In this document: positions 56,907-64,000 of the stretch, one piece after another | Numbering within the stretch: the first letter of the stretch is position 1 | Layout of the letters: each line of letters starts with the position of its first letter | NCBI GenBank assembly: GCA_947496555.1 | Contig: CANMDH010000027.1 | Span: forward strand, 261-64,260 | Length of the DNA stretch: 64,000 bases | Direction of reading: 5' to 3' | DNA from: an uncultured Aquimarina sp. | Lineage (GTDB): Bacteria; Bacteroidota; Bacteroidia; Flavobacteriales; Flavobacteriaceae | Position numbers and translations under genes: made by a program | The notes under the pieces: generated by a model | Databases searched by the model: none | The model's input: the letters and a program-made list of their open reading frames with translations, nothing else | What the model was told of the DNA's origin: nothing

Positions 56907-58517
56907 CTAATTATTTTTTTTAAGAGTAGGATAGCTAATTCCTAATTGTTCCAAATATGAATCGTATTTATTTTCATCGTAATAAAATTGCTCTAACTTC
57001 TCTCTGTATTGGTTCATGATGTTTTTATTCAAGTAAATTGGCGGCTTATCATCAGCCGAAATCATGGGTTTATACTTTGTTTCTTTACTTTGTACATCAT
57101 TAAAATAATTCCATGCTTGTTCTACCAGAATTGGTTTTAGTAACAGGTCAAGTATAGTCATTGCATCTACTTTTGCTCCTGAGGTGGCACCTTTGTGAGC
57201 AATAGGGGTGGCCATTGCAATTGCATTGCTCCAATGATGCCCTTGCAAACCTGGTATATTTGAAGGGTATCTGAGTGTCACTGTCGGAACTTTCCATGAC
57301 ACGTCTCCAATATCATCAGACCCCCCGCTTACAGGTCTTTTAAGGGGAATTCCTATTGGTGAAAGTTTTGTATTTAGGCCATCTGTTTTTTTTGAATTTA
57401 CTTCCTTTTGAACTGCTTTTGCAAGCATCTGGTCTTCGTTTGACCATTGTGGCAAGCCTATTTGCTGTATGTTTTCATACATTTGCTCAGCAATAATCTT
57501 ATTAAAATGTCGTGGCCATGCCGCTCCAACAATTTTAGAGGTCATTGCAGTATCAGTCATTAGGGCTGCTCCTTTAGCTATATTGTTTGCGTCATTATAC
57601 ATTTCAATAATTCCTTCATAGGTAATATCCCGAAAGTAATACCATATAGAGGCTTTTGACGGGACAACATTAGGTTGGTCTCCTGCATCGGTAAAAATAG
57701 AATGTGACCTTTTCAAAGGGTGCAAATGTTCTCGTTTATAATTCCATCCCACATTCATGAGTTCGGCAGCGTCAAGTGCGCTTCTCCCTCTCCAGGGTGA
57801 ACCTGCAGAATGTGCAGCTTCTCCATCAAAGGTATACTCCACAGATATTAGCCCAGTACCTCTTGCCTGACCCCACGAGACGCTTAAGTTACTGCTCACA
57901 TGAGTAAAGATGCAAACATCAATATCATCAAAAAAACCATCTCGAGTGTACCATGCTTTAGAAGCAAGCAATTCTTCGGCTATACCAGGCCAAAGTACTA
58001 AAGTACCTTTGATATCTTCTCGTTCCATTAGTTGTTTTACGGCCAGGGCAGCAGTAATATTTAGTGGTATTCCCGAGTTATGTCCCTCGCCATGCCCTGG
58101 CGCTCCATCGACCATTGGTTTGTGGTAAGCAACCCCAGGGTATTGAGAAGCTTTCGGAATACAATCAACATCACTGCCCAATGCGATAACTGGACCTTTA
58201 CCATTACTCCATCTAGCAAACCATGCTGTGGGTATGCCAGCGACCCCCTTTTCAATTTGAAATCCGTTTTTCTCTAATATTTGGCTTAAGTATTTTGAAG
58301 ATTCAGTTTCTTGAAACCCTAATTCTGAAAAACTGAATATTTTATCTATCATAACTTGTGTTTGCTTATGATTAGATTCAACTAAGTCCGCAACTTCAGA
58401 TTTCAATTTTGTAATTTGTTTTTTTGAGTATTTTTTTTGAGCGACTATTTGATTAAAACTACTTAATAATAGTAGCACGCAAAAAAACAGAGTTGATTTT
58501 TTTAGAGGTGCTTTCAT
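56907..58517 (-). CDS. exported M20 family amidohydrolase/peptidase (AbgB-like)
   Basis: 536 aa. Signal peptide (LFFCVLLLLSSFNQIVAQ) and M20D-like metal-ligand regions (ALGSDVDCIP, GHGEGHNSG). Confidence 0.8.
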   Translation of the reverse strand: MKAPLKKSTLFFCVLLLLSSFNQIVAQKKYSKKQITKLKSEVADLVESNHKQTQVMIDKIFSFSELGFQETESSKYLSQILEKNGFQIEKGVAGIPTAWFARWSNGKGPVIALGSDVDCIPKASQYPGVAYHKPMVDGAPGHGEGHNSGIPLNITAALAVKQLMEREDIKGTLVLWPGIAEELLASKAWYTRDGFFDDIDVCIFTHVSSNLSVSWGQARGTGLISVEYTFDGEAAHSAGSPWRGRSALDAAELMNVGWNYKREHLHPLKRSHSIFTDAGDQPNVVPSKASIWYYFRDITYEGIIEMYNDANNIAKGAALMTDTAMTSKIVGAAWPRHFNKIIAEQMYENIQQIGLPQWSNEDQMLAKAVQKEVNSKKTDGLNTKLSPIGIPLKRPVSGGSDDIGDVSWKVPTVTLRYPSNIPGLQGHHWSNAIAMATPIAHKGATSGAKVDAMTILDLLLKPILVEQAWNYFNDVQSKETKYKPMISADDKPPIYLNKNIMNQYREKLEQFYYDENKYDSYLEQLGISYPTLKKNN

Positions 58518-58606
58518 AAATATTGATAATTAAGATGTTAATTTTTTTTTGACTTTTTTTTAAATAGTAATAGTTTTTAAAACACGTTGACTTATAGTTA
58601 ACCTAT

Positions 58607-59764
58607 TTATTTTTTACGAGCATTATATTTATCTAATATTTTAAGTGTTTTTTCGATAGGTAATGCGTTCATCATTCTTCCTTTTTGTCCTTTCATATCG
58701 GTTGCCATAAAAAGAGAATTATAAATCGCTTCTTCGGTAGCTTCAACTACTGCCAGAAAAAGAGGAGACATGTGGTCATTGGAAACTTCTAAAACAGGTT
58801 TTTCTATTTTTTTTGAATCATACGGGATACGAAGTTGAGGGTGAGTACTAAAGGCTATGCTATAATCACCACTACCATTAGATGAAAAAGACCCTACTTT
58901 ACCAAATGCCAGAAAAGAACGTTTTGCCAGACGTTTTAAATTTCTGGCTGATAATGGAGCATCAGTAGCAATAATAATCATACACGAACCATCAACCACA
59001 TAAGGAACATCCTGCGCCATATAAAAATTATTGAGTTCTTCTCCTACAGGAGCACCATTGATGGTAAGAATGCCTCCAAAATTGGTTTGAACGAGGACAC
59101 CAATCGTATAACCTCCTTTATCTTTTGGGAGTACTCGGGATGAAGTCCCAATACCTCCTTTAAAGCCCAAACATCTAGTTCCTGTTCCTGCACCTACATT
59201 TCCCTCGGCGACAATTTTTGTAGTTGCTGCATGTATAGCTTCGATAACGTGATTATCTTTTACGTTCCGTCCTCTAATATCATTCAGCCATCCATCGTTG
59301 GTTTCCCCTACCACCGGATTAACTGACCTGATGTTGGAATTTTCATGGGTCGATAGCGTGTAATTTACAATGCTATTGGCAACAAGAAAAGCATTGAGTG
59401 TGTTAGTTAAGGCTATTGGTGTTTCGAGATTACCTAGCTCTTCGATTTGTGTAAAACCAAGTGCTTTACCAAAACCGTTACCTACAAATACTGCTGCGGG
59501 TACTTTTTCCCTGAAAATGTTTCCCTGATGAGGTATGATTACTGTGACACCAGTACGTATCGAATCTCCAACTATCAATGTTTTTTGTCCTACCGAAACA
59601 CCATTTACATCGGTAATAGCATTCCATTTTCCCGGTGTAAGGATACCAGGTTCAATACCAAAATCCCTAGCTCTTTTCCTTTGATTTTGGGCTTGTAAAT
59701 TTAAAAAGAAACTAAAAACAAATATTAATAGTATTGACCAGTGTATCATTTTAGATAAAATCAT
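58607..59764 (-). CDS. exported P1/S58 (DmpA-type) aminopeptidase family protein
   Basis: 385 aa with a signal peptide. GTGTRCLGFKGGIGTSS and DGSCMIIIATDAPL are typical of DmpA/BapA-like Ntn peptidases. Confidence 0.82.
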   Translation of the reverse strand: MILSKMIHWSILLIFVFSFFLNLQAQNQRKRARDFGIEPGILTPGKWNAITDVNGVSVGQKTLIVGDSIRTGVTVIIPHQGNIFREKVPAAVFVGNGFGKALGFTQIEELGNLETPIALTNTLNAFLVANSIVNYTLSTHENSNIRSVNPVVGETNDGWLNDIRGRNVKDNHVIEAIHAATTKIVAEGNVGAGTGTRCLGFKGGIGTSSRVLPKDKGGYTIGVLVQTNFGGILTINGAPVGEELNNFYMAQDVPYVVDGSCMIIIATDAPLSARNLKRLAKRSFLAFGKVGSFSSNGSGDYSIAFSTHPQLRIPYDSKKIEKPVLEVSNDHMSPLFLAVVEATEEAIYNSLFMATDMKGQKGRMMNALPIEKTLKILDKYNARKK

Positions 59765-59776
59765 TGTTTGTTATTT

Positions 59777-61366
59777 TTATTGCTCATTTTTTGCCTTTCT
59801 TAAGACTTTTCCTGCCTTTAGATTTTGAAATACTTCGTTATCAATAGAAAGTTGTCCGTTGATCATCACATAATATATCCCCTCTGGGTACTGATGTGGT
59901 TTTTCAAATGTTGCTTTGTCAATAATTGTTTTTGGATCAAAGATTACTATATCGGCCTTCATTTTTTCTTTAATAACTCCCCTGTCGTTTAAACCAAGGG
60001 TTATCGACGGAAGTTTTGTCATTTTATATATTGCCTCTGATAAGGAGAGTACTGATTTTTCTCTAACATAATGCCCTAAAACTCTTGGAAAAGTACCGTA
60101 CCACCGTGGGTGCGGATGTCCCATTCCGGGTTTGACCAGTCTTCCATCAGAAGCGATCATGGTTTGCGGATGCTTCATAATTCGCTCTACATCACCTTCA
60201 TCCATGGCATGATAAACACACGAAGCACCTCCTTTTACCTGAGCTTCTATTACGAGATCTGCACCATTTTCTACAGTTGGTTTTAATCCTTTTAACTCGC
60301 ACCAATATTTCAAAGTCTTTCCCTCTAGTTCAGGCATCCATTTTACCTTGGCAAATTGTATTCTATTTAGGTCACTGCCTCCGCGATCATTTAAAATATT
60401 GAAAATAATTCCAGACTTGATACTATCTCTTAGTTTGGGGTTTAGCACTCTTTGTTTAAAGGCATCGTTGCCTCCGGCTCTTGCCCAACTTGGAATTAAT
60501 ACAGATATCCCTGTATAGCTGGCATTATATGGGTATTGATCCATTTTAATATCAAGTCCAGCGGCCCTGGCAGAATCTACCATGGCCAACGTCCTGGTAC
60601 TTTTACCCCACATGGGTTTTCCAATTACTTTATGATGTGTTAATATCACTGGGATATCTGCTTTTTCAGAAATGAAAATAGCTTCTTTTACCGCTTCGAA
60701 CAACCCTAATCCTTCTTCTCTTAAATGTGATGTATAAATTCCTTCTTCGGCTGATGCAGCTTTTGATAGTTCGATAACTTCGTCTACTTTAGAGAAAGCT
60801 CCCGGTAAATATTTTAAACCAGTAGAAATTCCATACGCTCCTTCTTGCATCGCCTGTTGTATTTGTTCCTTCATAAGATACAATTCTTGTTGAGTTGGAG
60901 CTCTGTTTTCTAACCCCATCACATTTTTCCTAACTGTATTATGGCCGATAAGGTATGCTACATTCATTCCGATGCCAACTTTTGTCAATGTATCCAGATA
61001 TTTTCCAAAGGGCCAGGGACTAGACCCATCCGGACCACCTAAAGCCGTAGTTACTCCTTGTCTAATATGGCTTTCACAGTTTGGAAGTTCAAGGATAGGA
61101 TCCAGGTGAGCATGCATGTCGATAAATCCGGGCGCAACTACCATATTACTGGCATCGATAATACGCATGGCCTTTGCTTTAGAAAGATCTCCTATTTTTT
61201 CGATAACATCATCCTTTATGCCTATATCCATAGGTATTGCATCACTTCCTGTACCATCATAGATAGTACCATTTTTTATAATAATTGTATATACTTCTTG
61301 CTTAGAACAACTACATAAAATAACTGTAATTAGGAAGAAACTAAATAAGATATTTGACTTAATCAT
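59777..61366 (-). CDS. N-acyl-D-amino-acid deacylase (D-aminoacylase) family amidohydrolase, lipoprotein
   Basis: 529 aa. Lipobox ITVILCSC, metal motif GFIDMHAHLD, and the size and C-terminal beta-domain typical of D-aminoacylases. Its start overlaps the DAAT stop by 4 nt (ATGA). Confidence 0.85.
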   Translation of the reverse strand: MIKSNILFSFFLITVILCSCSKQEVYTIIIKNGTIYDGTGSDAIPMDIGIKDDVIEKIGDLSKAKAMRIIDASNMVVAPGFIDMHAHLDPILELPNCESHIRQGVTTALGGPDGSSPWPFGKYLDTLTKVGIGMNVAYLIGHNTVRKNVMGLENRAPTQQELYLMKEQIQQAMQEGAYGISTGLKYLPGAFSKVDEVIELSKAASAEEGIYTSHLREEGLGLFEAVKEAIFISEKADIPVILTHHKVIGKPMWGKSTRTLAMVDSARAAGLDIKMDQYPYNASYTGISVLIPSWARAGGNDAFKQRVLNPKLRDSIKSGIIFNILNDRGGSDLNRIQFAKVKWMPELEGKTLKYWCELKGLKPTVENGADLVIEAQVKGGASCVYHAMDEGDVERIMKHPQTMIASDGRLVKPGMGHPHPRWYGTFPRVLGHYVREKSVLSLSEAIYKMTKLPSITLGLNDRGVIKEKMKADIVIFDPKTIIDKATFEKPHQYPEGIYYVMINGQLSIDNEVFQNLKAGKVLRKAKNEQ

Positions 61367-62214
61367 GTCTGTTTTTTTAGTGTTAAAAAGGCTTCCTGAA
61401 GCTTTTTAGTTATTGGACCTGTATTATTTCCTTTATAAAAAGAGTATTCATTTATTTGCTGCACAGAAACTATCTGTGTTGTTGTTCCTGTCAAAAAAAC
61501 TTCGTCCAATAGAAAGATATCTTGTTCTTTTATTGCCTCCTGTCTAATTTCTATACCTAAATCATGACAGAGCTGTATCACAATTTGTCGGGTAATACCG
61601 TCTAAAATGAAATTATTGGCAGGGTGGGTGTACACTATATTATTTTTTGTAAAGAAAACATTACAATGTGAAGCTTCGGTAATGATACCATCCCGTATTA
61701 GAATAGCTTCGTATGCTCCATGTTTCATTGCATACTCGTTTACCATAACATTGCCTAATAGAGAAGTCATTTTAATATCACAACGACCCCACCTATAATC
61801 TGATGTAGTGACTGCTTTTATGTGTTTTTGATTGATTTCTGGAAGTTCAAAAGGCATGATATACATCATTACTGTTGGTGTTACTTCTTTGGGATAAGCA
61901 TGTTTTCTTGGAGCGATACCGCGGGTAATCTGTATGTATATCAAACAATCTTGACCTTCTAAATCTGAAACTTTTCTTAACCTTTTAATATCATTTAAAA
62001 GAGAATTAGCATCAAAATCTATATTTACTTTTTGAAGGCAATCTGAGAGACGTTCCAAATGAGCATCTGCATAAAAAAAATCACCGTTCACTTGTGCCAT
62101 CACTTCATAGACACCATCGCCAAATATAAAACCTCTGTCAAATACAGATATTTTGGCATCTTTATGATCTAATATTTTGCCGTTTAGATACACTTTTTTC
62201 GGGTAGCCATTCAT
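61363..62214 (-). CDS. dat: D-amino-acid transaminase (class IV aminotransferase)
   Basis: 283 aa with no signal peptide. FIFGDGVYEV and WGRCDIKMTSLLGNV closely follow the Bacillus D-amino-acid aminotransferase catalytic-Lys region (RCDIKSLNLLG). Confidence 0.88.
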   Translation of the reverse strand: MNGYPKKVYLNGKILDHKDAKISVFDRGFIFGDGVYEVMAQVNGDFFYADAHLERLSDCLQKVNIDFDANSLLNDIKRLRKVSDLEGQDCLIYIQITRGIAPRKHAYPKEVTPTVMMYIMPFELPEINQKHIKAVTTSDYRWGRCDIKMTSLLGNVMVNEYAMKHGAYEAILIRDGIITEASHCNVFFTKNNIVYTHPANNFILDGITRQIVIQLCHDLGIEIRQEAIKEQDIFLLDEVFLTGTTTQIVSVQQINEYSFYKGNNTGPITKKLQEAFLTLKKQT

Positions 62215-62254
62215 TTGCTTTGAGTTAAGTTTTTATTTAATATAATGATAAGTA

Positions 62255-63237
62255 TTAATTAATATATCCCGGAACGGCGATTGTTGCCATTGTATGTAAT
62301 CCTGATGGTGCTTTTAAAATACTTTTTACACTATTTATAGTGATCGCACAAGTTGCAATATCACCGTTTATGCCCGTATCAATTTCTGAAACAAATGAAG
62401 GAACACCTTTTATTGTTACTCTATCAAAGGACCTTGGTTCACCGATTGCTGCTTTAAAATGCATTTCAATTTTGCTGGTTCCGTTGACATATCCGTGTGA
62501 TATTTGCTCTACGCCGCGAGCATTACCTTTCTTAATATTCATTGATGTAACATTTATGTTATCCTCTGCGATGACCGGTTTAAGATCTTCAGTAACTTCA
62601 TCTAGCTTTAAACCTATACTCTGCGCTAAGAAATAAACAGACTCTTTTAATCCGACATGCCTTAATGTGCCTGTGAGTTCTTTCTTTTTAAAAGCCTCTA
62701 AATCGAGTCCTGCTCCAATTTTTTGTTGAAAAGGGACTCTTCTGGGTGATGCATCCTGAATACGTTCTACCTTAATACTCTCAATGTTTTTACATACTGA
62801 ACTTAATACCGAGGGTAGATAATCCATTAAAAAACCAGGGTTTACCCCAGTTCCCAGGCAAGCAATATTGTATTTCTTGCAAATAGCATCTATTCTCTCG
62901 CTTATTTTAGGGTTTTCCTCCCAAGGATAAGATAACTCTTCACAAGTTGATACTATAGATATACCATGTTTGGCCACATCTTCTATTTGTGATTCTAATT
63001 TCTGGATATCGGATACTGTGGTTATGATAGCTAAATCAGGTTTTTTAGAGAGTTATCAACAGTATTTTCTATGAATACGTTAGAAGCTTTTCCGTTAATA
63101 AATTCCCCGAAATCCTTTCCTTTTAAATCTTTATTAATGTCCACAGCAGCAACAGTTTGTATTTCATTTTTCTCATCAATGTATCTACCTATTTGCCGAC
63201 CTAACGGACCCAATCCTATCTGAATTATAGTAATCAT
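62255..63237 (-). pseudogene. DapB-like NAD(P)-dependent amine dehydrogenase (2,4-diaminopentanoate dehydrogenase family), interrupted by a frameshift in an A6 run
   Basis: The N-terminal ORF 63031-63237 has the Rossmann start MITIIQIGLGPLGRQIG. The C-terminal ORF 62255-62977 stays open upstream to 63052. The two frames overlap at CTCTAAAAAACCTGAT (T6 on the plus strand, 63041-63046). One extra A would give ...DNSLKKPDLAIITTV... as a single protein of about 327 aa. Confidence 0.75.
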
Positions 63238-63260
63238 ATATGTTATCGTTTTTTAATAGT

Positions 63261-63323
63261 CAAGTTATTTTACAATATATTACCTTGCAAAGTATAACTT
63301 GCTCTATAGTTTAGAGCATACCA
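63261..63323. promoter_or_regulatory. inverted repeat plus ATACCA hexamer in the MocR/operon divergent region (candidate operator)
   Basis: CAAGTTAT (63261-63268) and ATAACTTG (63294-63301) are inverted copies. ATACCA at 63318-63323 matches the B. subtilis GabR half-site sequence. This is suggestive only. Confidence 0.25.
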
Positions 63324-63349
63324 ATTATTTTTTTTAACGCATAACAGTT

Positions 63350-64000
63350 TTGAACGAAAAATTAAATAGCATTCTCTTTTCTCATGGATTTAACTATCAA
63401 AATGATGAGCAGAGTCTTTATGAGAAATTGTTTAGTTCTATTGCAAAAGCAATTATTGAAAAGAAGTTAAATAAAGGGTATAAATTACCATCTACCAGAT
63501 TACTTGCTCAGGATTTAAATTTGTCCCGAAGTACCGTGCTTAAGGCATATGAAATACTTTGTATAGAAAAATATATTAGTGCCGTACATGGTTCAGGTTA
63601 TTTTGTCAATGATGTACAAGATAAAAAGATAAAATATAGTCTGAAAACACCTGTAAAGCATAATCCAAAAACTAATGGCAAGGTTCATGTCTATCCTGAA
63701 ATTTCGAAGAGGGCTAAACAGTTTCGTAGAAGTGTAAGCATAATGAACCGAAGTGAACATAGAGGTATTGCTTTTAGACCCGGTTTACCACCCCTTGATG
63801 CATTCCCAGTAAGACAGTGGCAGAACTTAATGAATAATTACTGGAAAGATGTCACCTATTCTGATTTATCGTATCGAGATGCGCTTGGTCTGGATGGGCT
63901 AAGAAAGAACATAGCTAATTATTTAAAGATTTATAGAAATATTCAGTGTGATTATAAACAGGTAATTATTGTAACAGGATCTTTACATTCCTTAGCTATT
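63350..64000 (+). CDS. MocR/GabR-type regulator (GntR wHTH fused to a PLP aminotransferase-like domain), N-terminal part; continues past the window end
   Basis: Not in the ORF track because it runs off the edge. The frame is open from 63338 to 64000, and TTG at 63350 is the only plausible start. It reads ...SLYEKLFSSIAKAIIEKKLNKGYKLPSTRLLAQDLNLSRSTVLKAYEILCIEKYISAVHGSGYFV (GntR HTH), then FRPGLPPLDAFPVRQWQ (start of a MocR aminotransferase domain). Confidence 0.8.
   Translation, partial: MNEKLNSILFSHGFNYQNDEQSLYEKLFSSIAKAIIEKKLNKGYKLPSTRLLAQDLNLSRSTVLKAYEILCIEKYISAVHGSGYFVNDVQDKKIKYSLKTPVKHNPKTNGKVHVYPEISKRAKQFRRSVSIMNRSEHRGIAFRPGLPPLDAFPVRQWQNLMNNYWKDVTYSDLSYRDALGLDGLRKNIANYLKIYRNIQCDYKQVIIVTGSLHSLAI

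Noticed and set aside
1-64000. Scan for tRNA/rRNA genes, CRISPR arrays, IS elements, integrases and prophage or defence-island genes
   Set aside because: Long ORFs cover nearly all of the window. The remaining gaps are 321 bp or shorter and AT-rich, with no cloverleaf-like GC-rich segments or spaced direct repeats. No ORF shows transposase, integrase, restriction, helicase-nuclease or phage structural motifs by eye. A tRNAscan/Infernal run would be needed to exclude small RNAs formally.

Overview
Visibly AT-rich, gene-dense chromosomal segment. Its content points to a Flavobacteriia (Bacteroidota) genome: a SusC/SusD pair, TonB receptors with CarboxypepD_reg domains, DUF5683 between parB and dapB, WbqC next to lepB, and TAnnTTTG-type -7 promoter boxes. 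I support about 51 protein-coding genes, one of them frameshifted and two cut by the window edges. I saw no rRNA, tRNA, CRISPR array, transposase, integrase or phage genes, and every intergenic gap is 321 bp or shorter. Layout: 1-22.9 kb is housekeeping (recF, ribH, mutL, two rhomboids, lepB, dapB, parAB, an SDR, methylmalonyl-CoA mutase mutA/mutB, udk). 22.9-37 kb is one minus-strand locus. It joins a SusC/SusD outer-membrane pair and a GHL10 lipoprotein to cell-wall recycling genes (ampG, nagZ-like GH3, anmK), a GNAT, a SAM methyltransferase and a long NagB-PIG-L fusion, with a divergent DeoR regulator. I read it as a candidate peptidoglycan-fragment utilization locus. 37-41.8 kb holds a TonB receptor, a PQQ-dependent sugar dehydrogenase and a cytochrome c. 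42-49.4 kb is a cleanly bounded three-gene operon of unknown function: a TPR plus about 30 MORN/YwqK-type repeat protein, a DUF3857 transglutaminase-like protein, and a paralog that has lost the catalytic triad. 49.6-51.8 kb is a lipoprotein Ntn acylase of the penicillin/AHL acylase family. 51.8-64 kb is a minus-strand run of exported peptidases and D-amino-acid enzymes (M1, BNR/Asp-box protein, M20, DmpA/S58, D-aminoacylase, D-amino-acid transaminase, a frameshifted DapB-like amine dehydrogenase) opposite a divergent MocR-type regulator. All functional calls rest on motif and family recognition by eye, with no database search run.
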